From the human T2T-CHM13v2.0 reference genome, Homo sapiens, in assembly GCF_009914755.1 (NCBI RefSeq), contig NC_060931.1: a DNA stretch of 64,000 bases. One strand, written 5' to 3'. Each line of letters starts with the position of its first letter. The stretch's first letter is position 1. The notes under the pieces are model-generated. The model saw only the letters and a list, made by a program, of their open reading frames with translations, was not told the DNA's origin and did no database searches. Below are positions 1-16,160 of the stretch, piece after piece. The position numbers and the translations under genes are program-made.

Positions 1-52
1 CCTCGGCCTCCCAAAGTGCTGAGATTACAGGCGTGAGCCACCGCGCCTGGCC
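1..52 (-). mobile_element. Alu 5' end (cut by the window edge)
   Basis: CCTCGGCCTCCCAAAGTGCTG...CGCGCCTGGCC. Confidence 0.9.
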
Positions 53-295
53 CTCAATTACTTCTTTTATAAGGACCTAATAATGCCATCAGGAAATTTG
101 CAAACTTTGTGTTTTATATAGCTGAGCACATGTATGTTTGAAGATGTGTGTGCACTTACACATTAATCTGCCTCTACCCCAGAAGAGAATAATGAAAACC
201 TTACAGATGATATCAAATGACCTCTCCCAATATGGTCTCAAAAACTGTGACCTACATTTCTTCTCAGTTGAAATACCATGAGCTTGTGAATGATC

Positions 296-306
296 GTGTG
301 TGTGTG

Positions 307-348
<42 letters not shown>
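296..348. repeat. (TG)n microsatellite
   Basis: About 20 perfect TG units plus an interrupted 5' part. Confidence 0.95.
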
Positions 349-351
<3 letters not shown>

Positions 352-3297
352 ACATATTCAGCTTCCCCTAACTTAATTTCTGTCTCAGTGGTGCTGGGAG
401 AAGAAATCAGTTATTTGACAATTACGATAGGTCAGCCCTTAAGATAAGATAGATGAATGAGATGTGATCCTCAAGGGTGGAATATCTGAGCACACTTGAA
501 GGGAACTCAGCCCAAGCAACGTGGATTATGCCTGTCAGTCAGTGAGCCCTGAATTATCTCACCATCGCACTGCTTATCTCACTCCTCTCCTGACAACTTG
601 TCACTGCGTGGGCAAATCTGCCATAAGCACCTTCCTAGCAACATTCTACTCATGCACAGGAGTCTTCCAAAAACACACCCAAATTCCTGGAAAAACCATC
701 CCCACCCTATTAACAGTCTTCCTCACTAACACCCTGGCCCCAGTACCTGAAGCCCCAGCCCCGCCAGTTGTCATAGCTCCACCAATTAATCAGAAAGAGA
801 AGGTAGTTTCCTGGAATCATACCCTACCACACATTCAATGGAGGCAAGTACTCCCAAAGAGTAGCTGTTTACTGCTGGTCTCTTACCTTGCTGGCTTTCA
901 TCATTCTTTCCACAGATAAGTCTAAAGAGGGTAAAAACGGTGTCCTACTTTTGGGAAGTACCCAGCCCAATGCTACATTCTTTCTATTTATTCATTCTTC
1001 CATTGAACAAATGGATACTGAGCATCTCTCTGTTCAAAGCTAAATGAGAGACTCTGACCTCTGGGAACTTATAGCTGAGAAAGAGACAGTGAACGCAGGC
1101 AATTACAGTACAGGAAGACACTTGCTCCGTGGAGCTGCTTTTAAACTCACTCATGTTGTTTGCAGAATTCATTACCTTGTGTCTGTAGGACTGAGGAGCC
1201 TATGCTTAAGGGAGAGGGAGGCAGGGAAGACTCACAAAGCAGGTAGCATTGAGGCTGTACCACTCTTCCCAGGTAGATAGGAAGAGGGCACTTCAGGAAA
1301 AGTAAACAGTAGCACAAGGGCATAGCATACAACGTATTAGTATCAGACATACGAATGTCTGATAGTTCAGCATTACTAACACTCAAAGTTTCAAGACACA
1401 GTGGCCAGGTGGTAAGTCTGATCAAGTAGGCAGAGGCCAGATTATGAAAGGATTGCATGCCAGATTAACAGCTTGAAATGGGGAACCACTGAAGCAATTT
1501 GAGGTTTTTGTTTTGTTTTGTTCAATTAATTTCTTCTTAATTGACAAAAATTGTATATATTTATTATGTATAACATGATGCTTTGAAATATGTATACAAT
1601 GTGGAATGGCTAAATTGAGCTAATTAACATATGCATTAACTCACATATTTTTGTGGGGAGAACATTTAAAATCGACTCTCTTAGAGATTTTTAAGAACCT
1701 ATGTTAATGACTATAGCCACCATGTTGTACAAGAGATTTCTTGAACTTATTCCTCGTAACTGAAATTTTGTAGCCTTTGACCAACGTCTTCCCTACCCCT
1801 CAACCCCACTGAAGTATTATGACTCAGAGACTGATATGAACAGATCTTGTGTCAGAAAGATCTCCCTTCTTACCCCCACCCCCACCGCCAGCAATGGGAG
1901 CAGAATAGATGGAGGGGAATAAACAGAAAGGATTTAAGGCAAGATCTGGCAGGTTATGAGGGTGTAAACTAGGGCAGTGACCATGCAAGTGGCGGGAAAG
2001 GAACAGATCAAGGAGAATTAGGCAGAACTCACTGGCAAGGCTGAGGAGAGACATTGCCTCATCCATACATAGACTACAGAGGGTGAGCAGAGTCTGAGTC
2101 CAGTTTGGGACCTGTTGACTTGGAGATGCCTAGAGGACATGCAAGTGGGGAGATCAAGGAAGGGTGGACTAGGGTCAAGGTCTCAGTCCAAGGTTGGGTT
2201 GAGATAAACATATTCGGAAGTCACACCCATGGAGAATACAAAGTAATGGCTGAAACCACAGGAGATGATGATGCAATTCCCCAGGGAGAGTGAGGGGAGG
2301 GAGAAGAGAGGACCCAGGATGGATTTCTGGGAACACAAAAGCAAGTCATCTGGAAACTACAAACAGTTTGAAACAAACAACAAATGTGGTTGGCTCCACC
2401 TTTGGATCCTGACATTGTTTCTTCTCTTTCATACAACGTAGGTATGAACAAACTAGACCAATAATACCTTGTACATTATTGTACTGGAAGGCTTAAAGGA
2501 GTATGCAAAGTAAAAACTTACAGCAAACTATGCTTCCTTCTGTGCTCAAATCAAGGTAGAGCATGCTTGCCCTACAGCCATGTGGTGGTGTTTTCACAGT
2601 GGCTGTTTGCATAGTTGTCTTTGCTTGGGCCCAGCTACATTACTCTGTGAGTAAGGGAAGAGTCAGAGAAAGACACAGAAGGACTATTTCCCTTTTCTGG
2701 AGCTGCATGGCAGGGAGGTGGGGGTGGGGGTGGGTGCAAGGGGAGGCAAGAAGGATATAAGCATCAAGACATTGAGCTAAATGGCACAAGATATCAAGAG
2801 GGATAGAGGTGAGGCTCTAGGGACTCACAACTCGGAGAAAAGGACAAATATCTCAGTGACATGGGGAAAGGGATTTCCTCCCCTTTATTATAATAGCCAT
2901 GTATGTCTATGCAAGTGTAGCTAATGAACACATTTCAAAGCCCAGTTCCCACCATGTGAAGAGCAGTAACATGTAATTTCTTCACATCTTGATTTCTATG
3001 GAGCAGAGGTTTCTCACTTCTTAGGAAACTCAAGAATAGGCAAAATCTAATAGCTGCTATTAGAAATTATGACAGTGGTTACATGTGGAGGGCAGTTATT
3101 GACTGGAAATGAGCTAGACAGAGTTGCATGGAGTAATGGAAATGTTCTAGATCTTGATTTGGGTAGTGGTTACACAGGTGATAAATATGTAAAACTTCTT
3201 CAGGCTGTACATCTAAGACTTGTGCATTTTAAGGTGTATACATTCCTTATCAATAAAAATAAGTAATATAAAACAAATTAAATGTAGCACACATTCC

Positions 3298-3328
3298 TAC
3301 ACACACACACACATACACACACACACAT
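3298..3328. repeat. (CA)n microsatellite
   Basis: ACACACACACACACATACACACACACACA. Confidence 0.9.
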
Positions 3329-4031
3329 GCCCCAGATGGCTACAAAATAAGGTCTATGTATGCCCAGGAAAGAAAATGAAATCAAAAGAGGATTAATCCA
3401 TTTGAAATCCAGGGAAGTGGAAGGAACTGGAGAACCCAGGGAGATCCAAGAGTGATGTAATGAAAAAGGGAGTAACGAAGCTGTGATCAGGGTGGAGTCA
3501 GCAGGGTGAAGCACCCCTGCTAGATGGCAAAGTCCAAGATGGGGCTGTTGGTGTGAGAGGCAGCAATGAAAAAGAGGATCATTAGAACTGAAGAGGTCTC
3601 CAGGGGAATGGAATAATAGAAGCCTCTGCTGCGTGGTCACTAAGGCTCCTTAAGAAGAGAGCAGAAGAAGCAGGAGAAGACCCCAAAGCATCTGGGGAAG
3701 TGGCCAAGGAAATGAAATGGCAGATTGAGATAGTAACAAACCACTCAAGCGATTCATGAAGATTTTTTGATGAGAGTGAAGGGGGGAATGAAGCACCTGG
3801 TATAGGGTATGATAGTGTTTGAGAAATGGGACTTTTAGGTGAAAATAACAAATTAAAGGTTAGTGTTACACTTGTGAGAGGGAAGAGAGAATTGTTGGTG
3901 TTGGGTCACCTCTGCTTTGCTTCAACAGCCCTCTACGCTATTCAATCAATCATAATAAACCAGTTAGACTCACTCCCAACATCCCCACCCCAACTAGGAG
4001 TTTCTTAAGGAAAGTGCCTGTGGTGCAGTGA

Positions 4032-4421
<390 letters not shown>

Positions 4422-4858
4422 TAAACTTGTAAATAACTTTCAGATTTATCTACTTCTCTCTGACTCCACCACCAAGTCTCCACCACCTCCCATGTGGACA
4501 ATAACTTTCTATCTGGTCTCAGGGCAAACTTACAACTAAACTATACTGTAGTAGGGTAAATGGAGTCCAAATATTTTAATGCTGTAAAGTGCAGAAGTAT
4601 AATACTGTAAGGCTATTGAAAAATAATATTTTAAATTTTAAAACTTTTGTACTTACTAGATGTTTAGGCAACAAACTTACAAATGAACTGACCAAGTGTC
4701 AAAAGATCAGAAAGAAGTCATTTCCCAGCCCCTACCAAAGAAGTAGAGTTGAAATGAGGGTGGAGGCCAATTGACCATGGTATTACATTCAATGTCATGT
4801 CATCGTGGGTGGAGTGTCCCCAAGTTTTTCTGTATCAAACAGGGTGTGATTCAAAAAG

Positions 4859-4892
4859 CATCATCATCACCATCATCACCATCATCATCATC
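4859..4892. repeat. (CAT/CAC)n trinucleotide repeat
   Basis: CATCATCATCACCATCATCACCATCATCATCATCA. Confidence 0.9.
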
Positions 4893-7398
4893 ACACCTGC
4901 TTTCCTGCACAGAATGTTCCTCAAAGTTTCCAAGTGACCCAGATGAAAACGAGAACCTGCACATGCCCAGAGAGGAAGCAGAAGCTTAACCAATCTGTGA
5001 AAAATTCGTCTAGGAATTCAGAAAACCTTTCGTAAATGACCATCTGGTTCAGGGGACACAGAATAGCAGAGTCAAGTGACACAAGAGGAGGAGACAGAAA
5101 CTCCTAAAAGTCTGGCTGGGAGAAACTTGTCAAGCCCCGCATGGTCTTCTCATACTTTCAGGGGGCTCTTTCTTCTCTTCAGCTCTTCATCTTTCACTAC
5201 CTTTCTCCTTGTTGGTCTTATCTGGGCAGAAATCCTTCTGATAAACCAAAGAATTAGAGACTAATTAAACCATCTCTTGGAATTGTGAAACAGGTCCATG
5301 TAATGAGGAAAAGTCTTCTCTAAGGGTAAATTTTAGGCTCTAAGACACTTGACCTGAGAATTATTTGGGAACCTGGAATTGCACCATCTAGGCATCTACT
5401 TGGTATAGTATCTGAATCAATTCATCAGTAACAGTCTCAGTTGTTCCAGTCCTTCTACACCTGGGCACTATGCTAGTGATTGATTTCACAGCTTCTTCTA
5501 CATCCTGCTTTCCAGCTTGTATGCATTAAGGTACATTGTATTTGGAGATTTTTTAAAGATGTCTTTTGAAGTAAATGAAAATTCTCTTTCATGAGGCCCC
5601 ACCAGGGCAAAAAACTTCTGCTGCCAGCATGTACTTGGGGCTGCTTTCCAAAAACTACAATAAAATCCATAATCTTAGAAATGGTGATAACTTTTATTTG
5701 ATGTTTGAAAATATGGGACGGGTATAGGGAAGATAAACCCAACCTACCATATATGAGAAGATCAGTTCTCTAACAGGAAAACTGTAGTCTAATATAGCAC
5801 ATAAGTAAGACCACATAAATAATTAAAACCAAGTACTCAATCATTTTCACAGGTACTCAGTTCATGTCTACTTAATGCCACTAGAATAAATATGTCCTAG
5901 ATATAAATGCAAAGCCTGTCTTCTCAACCAAACTGAAGATGTAGTGATTTATATACTTTATAATATAACCTGATAATAAGAAATACTTAATTTCTTTTAA
6001 AACTACCCAAATTTGTAGGCTTAAACCATGTGGAAAAGAGAGAATTTCAGATAAGAACTTACTTGAAGCAGCAATAAACAAAGAACAAAACATCAGAGAA
6101 ACTCTTAATTACTTTTGAATAAAATGTGGGTCCTCGCAAAAGACTAAAAAAATTTATTCCTTCAACATCATAGATACTGACAGCAACATCTTATTCAATA
6201 AAAGATTTGCTTTTCCAACTCAGCCAGAACACCAGTTTCTTCTTCCTCAATTTAAACAAACTAAATAGGCTTGGTGATTAACCTAGGAGAACTGTTCCGT
6301 ATAAGAATAGTGCCTTAGAACAACTAACAGGAGTGCCTTGTTGTATTAGCTCTGAGCAGAATTTCTATATTCCAAATAGTTATGAGATATGGTTGACTGA
6401 TACAAAAACCACTATTTATCTGTGGTTCTCTTCTTTCTAAACTATACATCTCTGGACCCCATTTCACCCTCTTTGAATAGGAATTTCTGAAAGTAGATCC
6501 CAAGAATCTGTATTTTTAAAAGCACTCTAGGTGATTCTTGGATTCTTGTGTACATTAAAATTTGAGAGCTACTGAGTTAAGACTGTATATGTATACAGTC
6601 TTCATATTCCTCTTGGATTTCATAAAGTAATGAAATTTGTAACTTCTGTAGATATTGTAATCCTTATTTTCAAAAGAGGAAGCCAAATTCAGAATAATAG
6701 ACAATTTGCCTAATCCCCAGTAACACAGCTGCCACATGACAGCAGTAACATTTGACCTAATTTTACTGATTTTTTTCTTGTGTTTTATGCACTGATAGAG
6801 GCTAAGTAACTTACCCAGGGTCACAGCTCTTAAGGGTATAGTAGGATTTGGGCCCAGGCAGTGTGGCTCCAGGCTGATAATCACTTCTGCCATGTTGCCC
6901 CAGAGTTAGTGGAGTTTATCTACCAACACAACAAAATAAGAAAAAGACAAACAAAATAGATAAAGCACAACAACTTAAAGAAGCAAATCACCAAAAAGTA
7001 TATCTGACCATGAAACGCATGTAAATATATTCAGACTCATAAGCAAAGAAATGCTATATTAAACACTGAGCTACTACTTAATACCTATCAAGTTGACAAA
7101 AATTTTTGAAAGTTAAGTGCCCAGTCTTGGCCGTAATACTGAGAAATGGACCCTTGATTGCTGATGGGAAAGCAATCTGGTACCACCTTCTAGAAGGGCA
7201 CTGTGGCAATGTCATCCAAAGTCTTAAAATGTGCCTACCCTTTGACCCTACGACTTCACTTCTAGGAATTTATACTGAAGAAAATGTCAAATGAGTGCAA
7301 CGGTGTCTGTACAATCATACTCACTGCAATATTATATGATAGAAAAATAAAAATAATCTACATTTATAAAATTGAGCTAATAAAATCTATTAAGCTTA

Positions 7399-7840
<442 letters not shown>

Positions 7841-8710
7841 TTAAAATGCCTAGAAAGATTAGATAGATAAATGAATGGATAAATATAGACATGCTAAAAT
7901 AATAATAGTGGTGACTTCCAGGTACTAAGATTATGAATAGTTTTTCCCTTGTGCTTTTTGGTGTTTTCCAAATTTTTTCTGTTGAGCATGTTCTATAAAT
8001 AGGGGGCCAACATTCGTTCTTAAGAAAAAGGGGGGAAGAAACCAGGAAGCATCTTTCCAGCCAAGGAATAGACAAAACACAGCATCAGATTGCTGGAGGG
8101 AAAGAGAACAGAACAGAACAAGCATGTAAATAAAGAGAGAAGGAGGAGTCCTTTCTCAGTAACAAGGGACAAACATTTGGCTTACTGCACACTCCTTTGA
8201 TGAGAGGCTGTCTCTTTAGTAATGCAGCTGGCAAAAACTCTAAAAAAAACTTCGAAAGGGTGAGAATGAGATTTTTCATTCAAGAACTTGGCTGCCCCAA
8301 CCCTGACTAGCACAGCACAAGAACAGGGCAGCATAAACACAGAAATGCAAGAAGAGATTTGAGCCAGGAGGAAAAGGAGGCAATTCTCATAACTATCTTT
8401 GAGCAAGAATTTGGTTCACCAGTGCCATAGTCAAGGAAGAATAGGAACTTGGTATCAGTACCCTACTGCAAATCATTAATAATGTATTATAGATAATTAT
8501 GTGGAAGTTAACTGCAGAGTAAATTATATCAAGTTCTAATTCCACGGCATATGCTTCTTCAATCCCCCATGATCTTTCATGTTGCCTTCGGAGGTTAGGA
8601 ATAGTGGCTCCTCTGCAAGTCTGGATGAGTTCTACCTGACATCACATCAACATTCTGGTGGCTGGATTCACAGACCTTCACAGAATGCTGCTTTAACAAT
8701 GGAATGTTCT

Positions 8711-9383
<673 letters not shown>

Positions 9384-11651
9384 TCCACTCATAAATTCTG
9401 TTGAATTTATATTGTAAGGCCTTTAAACAGGTGGTACTTTTGTCCTAATGGCTGGAGCTGAAGATTGGAGGTTGGAAGCAGGAGAGACAAAAAATAAAGT
9501 TTTGTAGTTATGACAGAACAACATCATCACCGTCCATTTCTACCACCAATTATGTTAAAATAATTAATGTTCCATTGCTAATTTCAACACCAAAGGAGGA
9601 TAATTTGGGTGTCATATGGAGAGATAAGTCAGAACAGCGCTTTGACATCATTCACGAATGTAGAGGGGAAAAAATGCGTCACTGAAGAGGATTATTTTAG
9701 TTTGAAGAAACAGCATAGAAGTGATAAAAGAAGCCAGTGGAAGACTATTAGGTTATGAATAGCGGTCAGGTCTCTTTCCATGTTCACAATAGGATACAAG
9801 AGCAAATAATCTCAACTAAATGAAACAAGAACCTTCTGACTTGCAGGAGAGTTTGGCACCCAAGTGGTTTTCTGAAAATGGTGATGGAGCTCTTCCTCCC
9901 CTAGAGACATTTAAGAGCAGGAGGATGCCCAACCCACTGTCTGGGGTAGTGGAGGGGAAACCTCCCTAGTGACAAAGATATGTACTCTGTGACATTATAT
10001 GCGGCTTTCTGGTCCTGTGTTTCTACAAACAATGGAGAGAGGTTTATTTTTGGATTCTTAGTTATTACCTATCTGTGTTGATAGGTGTAAGTTACAAACA
10101 TCCATCACATATCTCTCCACCCTATGGCACATTTCTCTTCTTTACTTTTACGAAGTTATCTTACTACTAATGTACGGGAAAGAGAAGTTATCTAAGTAAG
10201 TTATCCCTAGCTACTGCTATATCAGAAACCACTCTTTCCCTTGACAGAATGCTAAGGACTACTAACACCTGCATGCATCCTCAGCCGACCAGGAATATCT
10301 TCAACTGCCCAAACCCTGTCTTGGAAGCAGCTGCTGCTCCTGAAGACTGCTAGGGAGTAAAGGGAAAGAATAACATGGAGTGGGAAAACCATTTCTTAGT
10401 TTTTATAAAAATGAGGATGCATGTGTGTAAATATTCAAACTGGAAGAGACAGCACTTTTATAAGGTTGGGGTTGAAGACAAATTATGGAAACTAAGAATG
10501 AAATTAAACAGTGGGTCAGGAAAGAGGTAACAGATCTAAAAAACTAAAAATCAATTTGCTTCTTGCCACAAAATTACTTTCTCCCTCAAAACAATTTTTA
10601 TCACCCTAATAATTTGCTGGGGTTTTAGCAGGATTGGTTGGTTGTTTTTATTTCTGGGACACATGTAGTCCTATGTATTTAAATGACTTTTTTTTTTTTG
10701 CCAAATGTGAAATGTGGCCAACATTAGCATTCTCACCTATGTCCTCAACAGACGCTCCTGGATTTGTCTTTCTTTAGGAGAACAAACATTTTTTGACATT
10801 TACAACAGCCCTCAGGATTCACTAAGAAATTATCTATCCACTCTTACAAATCATTTAGAAAGACAGCAGGCCAAAGAAAAACAAAGGACATCAACATAAA
10901 GGGGACACTATACACGTGATGCTCAATATCCACGAATAACAGTAAAAGAGTGAGGACTAAAAAATGAATAATATTCAATGTTGATCAAAGCGTGGAGAAG
11001 CATCTATTATTTGTGGGAGTATAAACCAGTGCAATTTCTCATAAGAGAAATTTGATAGACCTATCAAAACTGTAAATGCACATACCCTTTGTCCCAGAAA
11101 TCTCACTTCTGGATATTTATCTTGCAGATTTAATATGGCATAGATCCATATTCAGAGATATTCATTAAAGCAATATTTGAAATAGCAAAAAAATCTGGAA
11201 ACAATTTAAGTATCCATCAAAAAGAGAGACTGATTATAGCAATCATGGTAACTTCACATCGTAAAGTATTATGTAGTTCCTTAAAAAGATCAGGAAACCA
11301 GTCATAAATATATTTTAATTACATTGTATTTCATAGTCATATATGGGAACTTATTTTAAAAGTCAAATGACATTAAGATTCTTAAAATGAAATATCATAA
11401 TTCCCTGTTCTCCTCCCCAGTTCCCTGGTTCCTTCCCCAGAAACACTCTTGTCTCACTATCTTAGCTGTGATATCTTCTGGCATTTACTCATCACCTTAT
11501 TTCTAAACCAGTACTGTTGTTTCTGGGACACATGTGATTTTATTTATTTAAATGAATTTTTTGGCAAATACAAAATATAGAAGTATAATACAAGCCACAT
11601 ATGTAATTTTAAATTTTCTGGTAGCCACATTTAAAATAATTAAAAGAAATA

Positions 11652-11958
11652 GGTCCAGGAATGGTGGCTCACGTCTGTAATCCCAGAACTTTGGGAGGCA
11701 GAGCCTAGCAGATCAGTCGAGGCCAGGAATTTGAGACCAGCCTGGCCATCATGGCGAAACCCCATCTCTACAGAAAATACAAAAATTAGCCAAGCGTGGT
11801 GGTGCACGCCTATAATCCCAGCTACTCAGGTGGCTGAGGCACAAGAATAGTTTGAACCCAGGAGGCAGAGATTACAGTGAGCCAAGATTGTGGCACTGTA
11901 CTCCAGCCTGGGTGACAGAGTGAGTCTCTGTCTGAAAAAAAAAAAAAGAAAAAAGAAA
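11652..11958 (+). mobile_element. Alu
   Basis: Full dimer, TSD AAAAGAAATAGGT. Confidence 0.9.
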
Positions 11959-12044
11959 TAGGTAAAATGAACTTTAATAAAATCTTTTATTCAATCTAAT
12001 ACATTCAAAATATATCATTGCAACATGTAATCAATATAAATATT

Positions 12045-12339
12045 CTTTTTTTTTTTTTTTTTTTTTTGAGACAAGGTTTCATTTTGCTGCCCAGGCTGGA
12101 GTGCAGTGGCATGAACATGTCTCACTGCAATCCTGGGCTCAAGCAATCCTCCAGCCTCAGCCTCCCATGCAGCTGAGACTATAGGCACATGCCACCAGGT
12201 CCTGCTATTTTTTTTATTTTTTGTAGGTACAGGATCTCACTTTGTTGCCCAGGATGGTCTCGAAATCTTGGGCTTAAGCAATCCTTCTGCCTCAGCCTGC
12301 CAAAGTGCTGGGATTACAGGCATGAGCCACTGTGCCCAG
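12045..12339 (-). mobile_element. AluJ
   Basis: poly-T then Alu reverse complement. Confidence 0.88.
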
Positions 12340-12904
12340 GTAAAAATTCTTAATGAGATATTTTATGTTCTTTTTTTTTCTTCTTTACTAAATCTTCAAA
12401 ATTCAGTGAGTAGTACACACGAACAACATATCTCAATTTGGACCAGCCACATTTCTAGTGCTCAGTAGTCACATATGGCTATTGAAGCTAGTGACAATCA
12501 TATTGGATAACACAGCTCTAAACAGAATTCTGCTGTTTTTTGATTCATTATTGACTTCCTACAATGGGTAAATGATGGTCTAGCTCTCCTAGGACTGTAC
12601 TTTCTCTTTATGACTTTATAATACATTATATTTTTTGATTAACTATTCAGTATTTGCATTATATTCCCATGCAAATATTAATCACAGCAAGCATTGCAGT
12701 GTGCTATGAAAGTGTTTATTCTTGTTTCTTTTCCCTGAATTTAATAATTGCCATTTTTTAAGCTTATCTTGAGAATCTTTATACCTATTATATTAACTCT
12801 TCCACACCAGCAAATGGCCTTTCAGTGCAGTGTTCCGCTAGTCAGTCCCATCAATTTATCAATTTCCAATGGTCTCCCCTCTTCTACTTGCTTGCTTTAT
12901 ACTC

Positions 12905-13196
12905 TTTTTTTTGAGACAGGGTCTCACTCTGTTGCCCACGCTGGAGTGCAGTGGCGTGATCTCAGCTCACTGCAACTTCTGCCTCCCAGATTCAGACGAG
13001 TCTCCTGCCTCAGCCTCCTGAGCAGCTGGGATTACAGATGTGTGCCACCACAGCTGGCTAATTCTTATATTTTTAGTAGACGGGGCTTCACCATGTTTGC
13101 CAGGCTGATCTCAAACTCCTGACTTCAAGTGATCCGATCCACTGGCCTCAGCCTCCAAAGTGCTGGGATTACAGCCATGAGCCACTGCACCTGGTC
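12905..13196 (-). mobile_element. AluS
   Basis: Alu reverse complement dimer. Confidence 0.88.
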
Positions 13197-13239
13197 TGTA
13201 ACCTCATTCCAATCAAACTAATCTTCTAGTAGTATATGT

Positions 13240-14900
13240 CTGTACTACCCAAAGTGATGCACAGATTCAATGCATCCTATCAAAATTCCTACTGAATTTG
13301 TGGCCGAATTAGAAAAACACATCCTAAAAATCATATAAAACCTCAAGAGACCCCCAAATAGCAAAAACAATTTTGAAAAAAAAAAAAAGACAAATTTGCA
13401 GGACTCACAACTCCTGATTTTAAAACATATTACAAATCAACAATAATCAAAATGTCATGGTGCTGACATAAAGACAGATATACAGAGCAATGGAATAGAA
13501 TAGAGACCCCAGAAATAAACTTTCACATATATGGTCAAATGATCTTTGACAAGGGAACCAAGACCAATCAACGGAAAAGGATAGTCTCTTCAACAAATGG
13601 TGCTGTGGAAACAAGATACCTGCCTGCAAAAGAATGAAGTTGGATCAGTATCTTACACTATCTACAAAAATTAACTCAAAATGGATTAAAGATTAAAAAT
13701 AAGACCCAAAACAATAAAACTCCTAGAAGAAAGGATATGAAAAACAAATTTAAAAAAAACACCACATAATTAAAAGAAAGAAAAGAAACAATAAGAAGAG
13801 AAAATTTGGAAAAAAGCTTCATAACACTGGATTTGGCCGTGATTTATTGAATGTAACACCAAAAGCACAGGCAACAAAAGGAAAAATAGGCAAATGGGAC
13901 TACAACAAACTTTACAACTTTGTGCATCAATGGACACGATCAACATCATGGACAGGTAGACTACAAAATGAAAGAAAATATTTGCAAATCATATATCTGA
14001 TAAGGGATTAATATCTGGAATGTATAAAGAACTCTTGTAACTCAGCATCAAAAAAATCAAATAACTCAATTTTTTAAGTGACCAAAGAACTCAAACAGAC
14101 ATTTACCAAAGATGACATACAAATGGCCAACAGTCATGGTGCTCAACATCACTAATCAGCAGAGGAATGGAGATCAAAACCACAACGTGATATCACTTCA
14201 CACCGATTAGAATGGCTACTATAAAAAAATAAATAAGTGTTGCCAAAAATGTGGAGAAATTAGAACCCTTGTATACTGTTGCTGGGATTATAAATGGTGC
14301 GACTGCTAAGGAAAACAGTGTGGTGGTTTCTCACAAAATTAAAAATAGTAGTAACATATGATCCAGCAATCCCAGTTCAGAGTATAGATTCAAAATAATT
14401 GAAAGCAGAATCTCAAATTGATATTTGCATATCCATATTCACAGCAAGAGTATTCACAATAGCCAAGAGGTGGAAGCAACCTAAATGTCCATCAGTGAAT
14501 AAAGAGATAATCAAAATATGGTATGTACATACAATGGAATATTATTCAATCTTCACATGGAAGAAAATCTGTCACATGCTGCAAAATGGATTAACCTTGA
14601 GGACTTTATGCTAAGTGAAATAAGTCAGTCACCAAAAGCAAATACTCTCTGGATCCACTAACATGAGGTATCTAAAATAGTCAAATTCATGGAAACAGAA
14701 AGTAGAATTGTGGTTACCAGGCTAAAGGGAGGGGGCCTAGGAGGTTATCGTTCAATGGGTATAGACTTTCAGTTTTGCAAGATAAAAAAGTTCTAAAGAT
14801 CTGTTCCACAACAATGTGAATATATTTACCGCTATTGAACAGTACAATTTAAAATTTGGGGGATATTAAATTTTATGTTATGTGCTTCCTACCAGTTTTT
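13240..14900 (+). mobile_element. 5'-truncated old L1 (L1MB-like): ORF2 3' end plus 3' UTR
   Basis: CAGATTCAATGCA...CTCTTCAACAAATGGTGCTG...IAKRWKQPKCPS motif in ORF 14399-14614. Confidence 0.85.
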
Positions 14901-15871
14901 AAAAAGACAAGTATAATGGCAGAAGATTTGGCAATGACAGTACTCAAGCCACCTCCTGAGTCACGATGTTCCAATCTGTACTGACTGCCCTCTTCAATTA
15001 ATGTGTAATCGTCATCCTGGGATCTCCCTTCACCACTCTCCAGGAGATTCCCTTTCCCTTCTCCACAGCGATGGATCTTCTGCTTTCTGTATTCCATGCC
15101 TTCCTCTTTCTTGGCTTATTTACTCATCCATATGAAATGTATCCTCCAGGAGCTTCCTGAGAAAGAAGACTTAAAAATGTTTTTTTGAGTTGCCTGCCTG
15201 AAATTATCTTTTTGTTATGTGTTGTTTTGTTTTCTCTTCTCACTTGATCCACAGTTTGGCTTGCAATAGAAATCTAGGTTGGAAATAAATGTCCTTCACA
15301 TGTTTGAAAGCATTGTCCGTTGTCTTCTGGCTTTCAGTGCTGCTGGTAAGAAGTTGCTGATCTCTTGTGCGTGATCTGTTTTTTTTTTTTTTTATTGTTG
15401 TTTTATTTTCTCTCTGGGAGCTTATAGAATCTTCCTTATCCCTAATGTGATAAAATTTCACATTATGCTGGAGGTATTTTTTCATCCATTACACTGAACA
15501 TCACTGGGACCCTTTAACCTCAAAATCCACGCCCATCAGTTCTGAAAAATGTTATCTCCTCCATGTTCTCTGTTCTCTCTTTCTTTCCGGGAATTGTTGA
15601 AGCTTTATGTGTTTCTGCTAGCACAGGTCACATTCTCTAGGGTGTAGTCTTGTGCATGAAGAAATATTTTCCCTGAGGATATTAATGTCATGTTTCTTCT
15701 ACCTGCACAAATTACTTTTCTGTTTATTTTGGACTTTCCTGTGTTAGATGATGTCCTTACATAGCTGGTTGTCTATGTTGATTGGAAGCCTTGAGGATGG
15801 GGCTCACTGATTTTGACCTTCTCTGTAGACTGATCTGGGTGGCGCAGGGTCCATATCTTTATGTGTTTCTG

Positions 15872-16160
<289 letters not shown>

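Larger units (their letters stand above)
11575..12520. mobile_element. MER33/MER3-type DNA transposon remnant split by two Alus
   Basis: GCCACATATGTAATTTTAAATTTTCTGGTAGCCACATT ... AGCCACATTTCTAGTGCTCAGTAGTCACATATGGCT. Confidence 0.6.
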
